A DNA stretch of 64,000 nucleotides from the human T2T-CHM13v2.0 reference genome, Homo sapiens. Positions within the stretch are counted from its first letter, which is position 1, and every line of letters begins with the position of its first letter. Made by a program: the position numbers and the translations under genes. The stretch is taken from assembly GCF_009914755.1 (NCBI RefSeq), contig NC_060947.1. The stretch is one strand, 5' to 3'. The notes under the pieces were generated by a model. It searched no databases. It was not told where the DNA came from and saw only the letters and a program-made list of their open reading frames with translations. Positions 42,271-57,768 of the stretch are shown here, piece after piece.

Positions 42271-42660
42271 TATATGTATATAGAGAGAAGATATCAGTCT
42301 TCTCTGGAAAGAATGTGGATGGCCCCCAAGATCTGGAAAAGATAAGAAAACTAATTCTCCTCTAGAGCCCCTATAGAAGATATCTCTCCATATACATATA
42401 GGATATATATATATATATATATATATATATCTTTTCTGAATATATATATAGAATATATATATCCTATATATAATATAAGATATGCTATATATAATATACT
42501 TATATAATAATATGTTATTATTATAATATATGTTATATACCAGTAGCATATATATATATAGATAGATAGAGATAGATAGAGATATATAATCAGTCAACTT
42601 AAATGGGCTACTTAAATGCATTTCTAGTTCTGTTTTCTCTGGAGAACCCTGAGTAATACA
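41640..42660 (+). mobile_element. MLT2 3' LTR with an expanded internal AT-rich tract (~42035-42590)
   Basis: tgtgatg...gtcaactt...cagcttgcaga...tctggagaaccctgagtaataca. Confidence 0.85.
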
Positions 42661-43070
42661 GTGCTGTGTCTATATTAACATACACTGATATTTTAGAATT
42701 GATACATTTTGCTTTTTGCTCCCTAGTTAGAGATTGTTAACTTTGGCTTTTAATTTCAAATTGAATGGAGGAAAACCATTTTTTGCACTATGAGTTTCCC
42801 ACAATGTCTTTATTTCTGTTAAAATTAATTCAATTATTTTCATTTATTTGTATTCCTCCACATACACGATTTTATACAGCTTCCTCATCTAATTAATGGG
42901 ACACAAACTCACCATATTAATGATGCCTTACATTTGTACAATGCTTTGCACAACATTTATTTCAGAATCTCATTTGTGTTCACAAAAAGTGAGAAACTTT
43001 GAAGATTAGACTTTTTTTAAATTTTAAAGAAAAGAGATCCAACAGAGTTAGAACATACTGAAATTTCTGA

Positions 43071-43420
<350 letters not shown>

Positions 43421-43659
43421 TCTTTTTCTTAATCAAGGAAGAAAAGGGATAAAAGAAAAATCCAAAGATGGACAGTCTCTGCTAACCTTTCACAAATCAT
43501 ATGATTTTGAATGATATTAGAGATTCAAATATTAATTCTGTATGCATTCCATTGTCATTAAATCACATTTAAAGCCCACATTTAAAGTTCTGGCAGAAGA
43601 ACTGGTATCATACTAATCCTTCTTAAGGTAACAATTGTAAACACTAGAATTGTTGTTTA

Positions 43660-44088
43660 AAATATTACAAAGACATATTATCTTACATTTCTGAAGGTCA
43701 GTAATCTAAAATAGATTCCAGAGCTAAAGTCAAATGTTCAAGAGCGCTTCCTTATTTTCTAGAGACTCTAGAGGAAAATTAGTTTTCTTACCGTTTCCAG
43801 ATCTTAGCGTCCATCCACATTCTTTCCATATTCAAAGACAGCAAATTTTGGTTGAGTATTTCTTAAGATGCCATTCCCTAGTTCTGACTCTTCTGCCTTT
43901 GTCTTTCACTTACCAGGACCAATGTAATTACACTGGGCCCAGCTGGATAATACAGGATAGTCTTTCCATCTCAAAGTCAACTGATTAACAATCTTAATTC
44001 CATAAGAATTCTTAATCCCCCTTTACCAAAGTTCAAGTTCCACAGATTAGAATGTGGGCATCTTTGAAGAACAATTATGCTTACCACA
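43660..44088 (-). mobile_element. MLT1D-like LTR fragment
   Basis: tgtaattacactgggcccagctggataat...tcaactgattaacaatcttaattcc...cttaccaca. Confidence 0.75.
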
Positions 44089-44387
44089 TAAGACTTTTGA
44101 GAGTCAATAAAAGCAGGCAAAAATTGGAGAGATTTTGACCTTTAAATGGAGGGAATTACAGGGAGTAAGATTCAGTTTCACATTGTTAAGGGTTTATCTT
44201 AAAGACATACCCCAATCCAGACACCACACGTCAATCTGAAAGCTTCAGTCATATTATTTTAAGCAGACAGGGCAGAGATTGGGGCTTCCAAAGTAGCGGC
44301 AAATTGAGTGAGGAAATTTCAGGGGAGGAACCCAAAGCTTGGCAACCCCTAAAATCTGCACATAAACTCCACTCAAATCCACAGCTA

Positions 44388-44485
44388 CAGGAGTTTGCTA
44401 CTAGCCTGGGCAATATAGGGAGACCCTGTCTCTGTAAAAAATAAATAAATAATAAATAAATAAAATAAAAATTAAAAAAAAGAAA
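44388..44485 (+). mobile_element. Alu/FLAM 3' fragment with A-rich tail
   Basis: caggagtttg...agcctgggcaatatagggagaccctgtctct followed by (AAAT)n. Confidence 0.8.
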
Positions 44486-44672
44486 AACTCCATGACTAAT
44501 TCCTGAAACGCGCATGAGTAAGAGGGATTGCAAAGTAACAGCTGTATGTCTAAAGGAACTAACCATAGATTTCAGGTAAATTCCACTGTATAGGGTTAGG
44601 GGGAGTGTATGTAGTTTACTACCTCATGGAAGAAACATCAGAATTCTTCAGAGAAAAGTGATAGCATCAAGA

Positions 44673-44873
44673 TTTTCTTTTTTTTTTTTAAATATTATTA
44701 TACTTTAAGTTTTAGGGTACATGTGCACAACGTGCAGGTTTGTTACATATGTATACATGTGCCATGTTGGTGTGCTGCACCCATTAACTCGTCATTTAGC
44801 ATTAGGTATATCTCCTAATGCTATCCCTCCCCCCTCCCCCTGCCCCAACAACAGTCCCCGGTGTGTGATGTTC
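44673..44873 (-). mobile_element. ~200-bp L1PA3-like 3' end
   Basis: aagttttagggtac, tcatttagcattagg and acaacagtcccc are young L1PA states. Confidence 0.9.
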
Positions 44874-45599
44874 TATAATATACAATGTATCAACAAAAAT
44901 ATCCGGTTTCCAATTAAAAATACTTAACATATGAAGATACAGAACAATAAATAGTAAATAAATATTAAATAAATAGGACAGCAAACAGTGAAGGTAAATA
45001 AATAAAAGCCAATACCAAGATAACGGCAATAATATAATTAGACTATGTAGGCATTACTAAAGCTATTACGAGCATGTCCAAAGAGTTAAAATGCAGCCAT
45101 GATGAATTAACAGAAAAGAAATATCAATGACAAAATTATAATTATAAAATCGGTGGGGAGAAAAAGAACTGGAGAAAAGCCATCTGAAGTTAGAAAGTCA
45201 CTGAATGGGCTTAATATTGAACCTGAAAATCAGCTTTACACATGAAGGAACAGGAAGGTATTCTTCAGTCATTAGCCCTTCTTGAGAGTAATGACCGCAG
45301 AAATTTCAGAGCAAAGAACTGATGATATCTGACTTAAACAAAAGTTGGATACAAGGTAGAATACAACTATAAAAACTAATATATTTTGACAAAGTAAAAC
45401 TAATATAATTGAATTTTCATGAAGATGTGAGAGGGAAGATAAAATAGAAAAATGCCATTGATATTTTATATACAATAAGTGTACTTAAATATGCTACTAA
45501 TATATATATTTTTATCAGATAATAAAATGTTCCATAAGAAAAAAGGGAGATAAGGGTGTTAAAATATATTAGTACAGAGGTAATAATCCCTAGAACAAA

Positions 45600-45852
45600 A
45601 TATAGCAATGTAGTAAATATAGTAAACAATAATGTGTTGTACATTTCAAAATCTGTAGGAGAGTAAATTTCAAATGTTTTCATCACAAAAAATAAGTGTT
45701 TAAAGAGATGGGTATGTTATCTTGATTTAATTATTCTACACTGTATTCATTAAGTCATAGTATCACTTTTTACCCCATATTTATATGTATATAGTTATAT
45801 ATATAAAACTATAATTTGTCAACTTACAACTTAAAAATAAAAATAAAAAATA
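45600..45852 (+). mobile_element. L1MA-type 3' end
   Basis: tatagtaaacaataatgtgttgtacatttcaaaat...catcacaaaaaataag...A-tail. Confidence 0.75.
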
Positions 45853-47736
45853 TAAACTCTCTTAAATACCAAATAATAAAAAAACCCCACACAAATACAA
45901 ATAAAAATATCTCTCATATGAATAAACTTAGCAAATATGACATAGTATACACAATCATAAAATATTATGATGGAGTTGATAACAAATATATCAGTCATAT
46001 AAATAAGTGTTAAAAGATTTAATTTGCCTATTAAAAGAAAAATAGCTTCAATGTGGCCAAAGCAATAACAAAATAGGCTATATACAAGAAACAAGTATAG
46101 CCAAAGTGACTCAGAAGGGCTAAAAATAAAGGGATGGGCCAAGATATACCAGAAAAATGGAGAAACAATCAGGGATAATTATTTTGATATCAAAGCGTAA
46201 TTTAAGCCAAAAAACACCAAACATCTAAATATAACCAATAAGAGCAATTTTTAATCTATAAGCCAAAATTCACAGTGGTGGCATAACAGTTACAGATACC
46301 TATGTAACAAAAAACACAGCAATCCCCTTTATGAAGAAAAATGGAAAGATATGTAGTGCAACATAGACAGACACATGCTGATAGGAGACATTGACACTTC
46401 CTTCTCAGTATAAAAATCCATTAAATCAACAACAAATAAGTATGTGAAAGACCTGAAGACATAATTAGCAGGGTAGATCTTGTGGCTGTTGAACGTTGTA
46501 CTGTGATACTAGAGACTATACCTTTTTTTTTTCCCCCAAAGGTCATAAAGTATTCACACACACAATGATCATATACTGGGTAATTAATAAAATATGTAAT
46601 ACAGAAGGGAAATCTATCACAAAGAACATGCTTTAATCAAAATAAAATAAAACTAGAAATTATTAACAATATTTTAAAAAGCCCTTCAATTTAGGAATGA
46701 AGGGAGCTTCTGTTAAGCAATTCTGAGTAAAAGGGAAAACAGAAACAAATCGCATAATCTCTAAAAAGCAATGATAGTGAACACAGTTCATGCCAGAGTT
46801 TATGTGATATATTTAAAGCAGTAATATAGAGAAAATTTCTATCACTAAATACTTTGATCAATAAAAATGAAGTGAGAAAACTGTCTTAAATTCTTATCTC
46901 AAAAAATAATCAGAAAATAAGCAAACTAAATACAATTATCAGAAAAAATAAATATAAATATGATATTGAAGTAGTTAACAAAAATCACTAGACTGAATTA
47001 AAAATCAAAATTTTGTTTTATGAAAATAATAAACCACTAAGTAAATTGATCCAGAAAAGAAGAAAGCACAAATATATATAAGAAGAAATAACAGTGGCAG
47101 TAGGAAGGGAATTAAAAAAAATAGGAGATCACTTTGCAGAAAACCTTTAGGCAAAAAATTTAGAAATATACATAAAATGGATATCTTCATAGGAAAATAC
47201 AGATCGCCAAATTTGACCCCAATTGAGGTAGAAAGCTTTGGTTCAATTTTTATGGAAGGTACAAAGTTACTAATGCACCACCCCACAGTAAGCACCAGCC
47301 CCACATGGTTTCATAGAGAAATATTAGAAAATCTTCAAAGATTGGGTAGTTGTGATGCTACGAAAACTTTTCCAAAACAAACTCCTACTGAAGTTTTATG
47401 AAATACTAAAATATTGATACTTTAACCTAATAGATAGTACAATAAAACCTACATATAATTGCACTTATGGATATAGATGTACTAATTAAAATACTAGCAA
47501 ACATAACCCAACACTGCATTCAGAATATAACATACCATGACCAAAAGAACTTCATTCTATTAATGTAAAAAAAATCACATTAATAGAATTAAGGGGAAAA
47601 CATATGATTATCTACAGTGATGCTAAATGAAACCTCCAACAATATTTAAAATTATTCCTGATAAGACCCTCAAGAACTTAGAAATTGATGGAGATTTTCC
47701 AAACATTATATATATATAAATATATGTTTATAAATA

Positions 47737-47761
47737 TAGATAGACAGATAGATAGATAGAC

Positions 47762-47810
<49 letters not shown>

Positions 47811-47822
47811 TAGATATAGATA
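47737..47822 (+). repeat. Compound tetranucleotide STR [TAGA]2 CAGA [TAGA]3 CAGA [TAGA]11
   Basis: Counted directly. Confidence 0.97.
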
Positions 47823-48856
47823 CTTTAATCCTAAAGGCAAGATCTTACCTACTGCAGAAACACTGGAATAATTTCTGCAAAGATGATGAATAAATTAAAG
47901 CTGCTCACTGTATTCTTTACTGTGCTTTAAAAAATAAATGCACTTTATGTTTTAAGGAATCATTAGGTTCACAGCAAAATCGAGGAGAAAGTACAGAGTT
48001 ACCACATACCCCTCCACTACACACACAGTCTTCCCCACCATCAGCATCCTGAAGGAGTATGGCACGTTTGCTCTGATCAATGAACCAGCATTGACATATC
48101 ATTATCAATCAAAGTCTGTTGTTACATGAGGGCTTACTGCATACTGTACATTCTATGAGTTTTGACACGTGTATAATGAAATGTATCCATCATTATAGTA
48201 TCATACAGAAGACTTTCATTGCCCTAAAGCTCCCCATCCTCCACTAATTCATTCCTCCCACTCCTAAACCCCTGGTAGCCACGGATCCTTTTACTGTCTC
48301 CATAGTTACGCATTTTCCAGATGTCACATGGGTAAAGTCATGCAGGTTATAGCCTTTTCCTATTGGCTTCTTTAACTTAGTAATATGCATTTAAGTTTCT
48401 CCCATGTCTTTTTATAACTTGATAGTTCATTCTTTTAGCACTGAAAAAGATTCCATTTTCTGGTTGTATTACAGTTTTTTAAAATTCATTTAACTATTGA
48501 AGGATTTCTTATTTTTTAATTCCTTTCTTAACCCCATTGTTGTTTCTTATTACATATATCTGTGCTTTTTCCTTTTCTTGATCAACTTAATTAGTGGTTT
48601 ATTTTATTATTTTTTATAAAACAAAGTTTTTATTTTTAATTGGATCTAGTGTTTTTTGTTTGTTAGCTTGGTTGTTTCCAAGTTTTTGCAACCATAAATG
48701 AAGCTGCTATAAACAATTATGTGCAGATCTTTGTGAGAACATAATTTTCAACTCATTTGGGTAAACACCAAGGAATGTGAATGCTGAATAATATGGTAAC
48801 AATATGTTTAGTTTTGTAAGAAACTGCCAAACTGTCTTCCAAAGAAGTTGTACCAT

Positions 48857-52139
<3,283 letters not shown>

Positions 52140-52668
52140 TCACCAACATTTGATGTTATCAGTCTTTTGGATTTTGACCCCTCTAATAGTTGTCTAGTGG
52201 TATCTCATAATTTTAAATTGCCGTTCCCTAATGATATATGATGTTAAGCGTATATTCATATGCTTATTTGCCATCTGCCTATTTTTTGGTGAGGTGTCTG
52301 TTGATATCTTTGGCCTATTTCTTAATCATGTTTTTTTTTTCTTATTGTTGAACTTTTAGTATTCTTTGTATATTTTAGATAACAGTCCTTTATGAGATTT
52401 GTCTTTTCCAATTATTTCATTCCAGTCTGTGGCATATCTTTTCATTCCCTTGACAGTGTAATTTTGCAGAGTAGAAGGTTTTAGTTTAAGTCCAGTTTAT
52501 AGATTATTTTTTATGAATTATTTGTTTGACGTTAGATATAAAAAGTTGTTGTCCTACTCAATAATATCTAGATTGTCTCCAATGTTATCTTCTAAGACTT
52601 TTATAATTCTGAGTTCTACATTTAGGTTTTCAATCAATTTTAGTTTATTTTTTAAAAGGTTTAATGTC

Positions 52669-53000
<332 letters not shown>

Positions 53001-54249
53001 TTAATGTCTACATGTAGATTTATATCTCTGAATGTGTATTTCCAGTTATCCCAGCACTATTTGTTGGAAAGATTATCTTTTCTCCATTATATTGCCTTGC
53101 ACCTTTGTCAAAGATCAGGTGACTATATTTGTGTACATCTATTTCTGGGCTCTCTATTTTGTTCCATTGATCAATCTGTCTATTACTTTGCCAATTACAC
53201 ACTGTCTCGATTATTGTGGCTTTATAGAAAGCCTTTAAATCAGGTAGTGTGGGTTTTCCAACTTTGTTCTTGAACTTTAATATTGTGTTGGCTACTCTTG
53301 GTCTTTTTCTCTCCATTTAAACTTTACAATCAGTTTGTCGATGTACATAAAATAACTTGCTGGGATTTTTATTGGGTTTATATTGAATCCATAGATCAAT
53401 TTGGGGAGAGCTCACATCTTGACAATAGTATGCCTTCCTAGCCATAAACCCCATAAATGTGGAATATCTCTCCCTGTATTTACTTCTATTTTTTTTCTTT
53501 TTTCATCAGAGTTTTGTAGTTTTTTCATAGACCTTGTACATATTTTCTTAGATTTATACCTAAGTATTTCATGATTAGGGGTGCTAATGTAAATGGTATT
53601 GCTTTCAAGTTCCACTTATTCATTGCTGATATAGAGAAAAGCTATTGATGCTTCTATGTTAATCTCGTATTCTGAAACCTTACTGCTATCACTTATTAGG
53701 TCCAGGAGTTTTCTTGTCAATTCTTTCATATTTTCTACATAGAATACTGTTTCATCCACCAACACAGACAGTTTTACTTCTTCCTTTCTAATTTGCACAC
53801 CTCTCATTTCATTTTCTAACTTTATTAGCCAGAACTTCCAGCATGATTTTGAAAAGAAATGATAGAAGGAGACATTCTTGCCTTGTTCTCAGTATTAGTG
53901 ATAAGGCTTCTAGTTTCTCACCATTAAGTAGAGTATTAGCTATAGCTTTTTGATAGCTATTCGTTATCAAGTTGAGGAATTTCCCTCTATTTCCAGTTTG
54001 CTGAGAGTTTTTATGATGAATGAGTTTTGGATTGTAATTATTATTTTGGACAAATGTATACATGATTTTTAAGAATGCTTTGGAAAATAATAATTGATTC
54101 TTAGATAACACAAATCTTGCCTTCAATGCAAAGAACTGGGCAACATCATATCCGTTATTAGTTGAACCACAATTTAACATTCAAAAACATATGCATTTTA
54201 TTCATTGCAAAGCTGAAATGGAAGTTAGAATTAATGAAAACATAATGTG

Positions 54250-54750
54250 CTGAACTCTTGATATGCTCCAGGCACTGTTTCAAGTGCTTTACATGTATCA
54301 TCAATCCCCTTCCTACAAAATGTTTTGCATGCTCCCCATTTTACAGTTGGCTAATCTAATGCACAAAAAGTTTAAACGACACTCTCAAGGTCACAGGAAC
54401 AAGAAGTTCTTTTAAGTAGAAAGGTGAGATGTGATCCTATACATTATGGCTCCAGAGCTTTTATTTTTATTTATGCTTTCTCCAAGTATAGAGGATGTAA
54501 TATAAAATATAATAAAAATAAAAATATTTCCTGATCACTTACAGTGTGCTAGTAATCATGCTAATTACTTTATATGTGTAGTTTAATTTAATCTTCACAA
54601 CATAAGTGGGATATATTTAACATCATTTCACAGAAAAGGAAAACTATGGTTCAGAAAGATTAAACAATTTGATGAAGGACGCTGGCCAACAAGGTGGTAG
54701 GGCCAGTGTTGTAACTATGTTCTGTCAGACTCGAAGTATGCTATACTACG
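54250..54750 (-). mobile_element. Two tandem MIR fragments
   Basis: ccaggcactgtttcaagtgctttaca...ccccattttacag and tttaatcttcacaac...atttcacagaaaaggaaaact. Confidence 0.7.
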
Positions 54751-55199
54751 ATTATTAGTGAAATGTTTGTGAACATAATTGTAAAATGGCATTAAGTACA
54801 TATAACCCTGTGATAAAGATGAAGGATACAATGCAAGCTGGGTGAAAATCATGAAAAATTACTTGGTTACTCTACAGTTCTTCTTTGATGAGATATTTGT
54901 TCAGATTATTCATTACTACTTATTACTGGGCTACAAGTATTAGTTAATGAAACCAGGAAAGGGATGATAAATCAGTTGTAGCCATAGTAACTGATAAAAA
55001 ATTGAAACCAGCTCTATTTTCAGATGCTATGATAATTCATCTAAATACCCTTAGAGATTTAATAATAAACCTAATTGAAACAATATAATCATTCAGTAAG
55101 ATAGCAGGTTATAAAATAAATTATCAGGAGAATAATTTATTAAAGCTAACAGAAATCATTAGCTTTCATATATAAAAACAGTTATACGTTTCTCTTGAG

Positions 55200-55530
55200 T
55201 TGTTCCTAGCCAAAGACAGTACATAATGGTTACTAGAACAAGACCATTTCTTCCTGCTCTCCATAAGAGTCCCCTAAGTTAACATTTGCTTTAATAAATC
55301 AGATCAACCTGGTTGAGCCTTTTCCAGAACTGTTTTTTGATCTGAGGTTCTTGCTGTCCATTTTTTCTTCCTTCCTGATTGTTTCAAAGGTGTCAAAAGT
55401 GTTCATGGTCAGAAGTCTTTCTCCTTTTTGGCTCTCTCTCCCTTTATCTTTTATGGGCATTTCTCCCGATATATTCATTAAAATTTTAATTCTTTCTTGA
55501 CTCTGCTTCTCAGAGGAACCAAGGTGTCAC
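55200..55530 (+). mobile_element. LTR16-like ERVL LTR fragment
   Basis: ggcatttctccc...ttttaattc...tctgcttctcagagga...caca resembles the HERV16 LTR ends in this window. Confidence 0.55.
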
Positions 55531-57768
55531 AACTTGCCAACACAATTAATGAAGAACTTTTTCTGATACAAATGTTATACAAAAGATATTACAATAAAAA
55601 AGTATACTGACTTATATTCTCCATAAACATAGACACAAATAACCACAATAAAATATTAGTAAACTTATTATTTGGATATATGAAAAGATAAAATATATCA
55701 TGACCAAATAAGATTTATGCTAGGATTACAAGTTTGTGTTAACATTCTAAAATCCATGAATGCAATTCATCTATAATAACATTTTATAAAGCTATATAAT
55801 CATCTAAATTGATGCAGATGGATCATTTGAAAAAGCACAACATCCATTCATGATAAAAACTTTCAGCAAACTATAATAGAAATTTGTTTCTATATAATAA
55901 AGGACATCTATATAAAATCTGCAGTTTAATATCATAGTTAATAGTGAAAGATTGGATACTTTCTCCCAAAGAAAGGGAAGGATACTTGCTTTAATAACTT
56001 CTGTTCAATATATTATATGTCCTAGCCAGTGCATTAAGCCATAAATAAATATTTAAATAACTTACAAATTAGAGAGGAAAACGTAATAGGACCCCTATTT
56101 AGTAACATCATGATCATGGGCATGTAAAATTCCTAGAAATCTACAAAAAGCACAAAACTAATAGAACTAAGAAGTAAACCTAGTGAAGTGGAAGAACATA
56201 AGATAAATACACAAAAATCACAGGGTTATACCCCGATGAGGGATTGGACTCATTATTGTTAAACTGTCAATCAACTCCATATGTATGAATAGATTCAATA
56301 GAAATCTAATAAAAATCCCAGCAGGCTCCTTTGTAGAGTTGCTGATTCCAAAATTTATGTTGAAATTCAAATTAATTAGAATATCAAAAAGATAATCAAA
56401 TTTAATATATCTTGTCTTGATTGCTGTACTATAAAGCTACAGTAGTCAAGACAATGTGGTATTTGGAAAAGGCTAGATTAAAATAAAGACTTAGATAGAT
56501 AGGGTAGAAGTCCAGAAATAGACCCATAGATATATGGTGAATTGATTTTTTTTTACAAATGTCCTGAGGTCATTCAGTGGGAAAAAGGTAGCCTTTTTTA
56601 ATAAGTGGTGCTAGAACAGCTATCATATTAAAAAAATCAAGACTACTTATCATAAAATGTTAACATAAAATAACTTGAAATGGATAATCTGAAAACATCA
56701 AAGATATATTATAAAATATGTAAATAAAACTGAAGAAAATGGTTAGGCAATAATTTCTTAAGACCAAGAACAATAACAGCGAAAAAAATCCCAATCACTG
56801 TAAATTACACTCCACCAAAATTAAAACATCTCTTGGAAAAAACACAGTTAAGTAAATGAAAACACAAGTCACAGACTGAGAGAAAATTTTAGCAATATGT
56901 ATATCTGAAAAATAATGGTATCTAGAACATAAAATAACTCTTAAATGTCAATAATAAAAACAGCTTAAAAATATGGCCAAAGAATTGAACAGAATCTATA
57001 GGAAAAAAAAAAGCATCAATGACCAAACTGCCAACTACTAATCAGGGAAATGTGATTAAAATAACATTGATTGTCCACTATACATCCATTGGAATTAAAG
57101 AGTGAAAATAATAGATATCACCTGGGAGCAACTGGAACCCTCACATGCTACCGGTGGAAATGTAAACTGATACAAGCACTTTAGAAAAGAGTTGGGCACT
57201 TTCTACAAAATTAAAAAATATGCCCAACACATGATCTATCTATTCTACTATAAAGTATTTACTAAAGGTAAAAGGAAATATATGTCCATAAAAAGGCCTA
57301 AAATACATGTACATAGCAGCTTTATTCATAATAGCTGAACTTCGAAGAAACCTATATATCCATTAACGCATGATTAGATAAATTTTGGTATATCTGTACA
57401 ATTAAGCATTACTAGCAAAAAAAAAATGGAAGAAACTATCAATACATACAACTACATTGATATGTGTCAAAAATACGCTGAGTGAAAAAAGTCACCTATA
57501 AAACAGTACATCTAATACTATCTCATTTGTATGACATTCTAGAGGAGACAAAATGTATCCATGGTACTATGAAGCTGATTAGTGGTTGCCTAAGGATGGG
57601 GATGGTTGAGATTGAATTCAGTGGGGCACAAGGGAACTTTCTGGAGTGATAGAAATTTTTATACTTTGATCATGGTGTAACTTTATGGGTGTATACAGTT
57701 AAGAAACCATTAAAATGTATGGTTAAAGTGGGCCTATTTATTATAAGCAAATAATTTTATAAAAAAAC
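55531..57768 (+). mobile_element. L1ME-type ORF2 3' half and 3'UTR
   Basis: aaagctacagtagtcaagacaatgtggtattt, ccagaaatagaccca and gggcacaagggaactttctggagtgatagaaa. Confidence 0.8.

Larger units (their letters stand above)
44100..47920 (+). mobile_element. Old L1M remnant (5' region, ORF1, ORF2) hosting several younger insertions
   Basis: Degenerate EN/ORF2 motifs, e.g. ataggagacattgacacttcc and aaaatactagcaaac. Confidence 0.65.
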
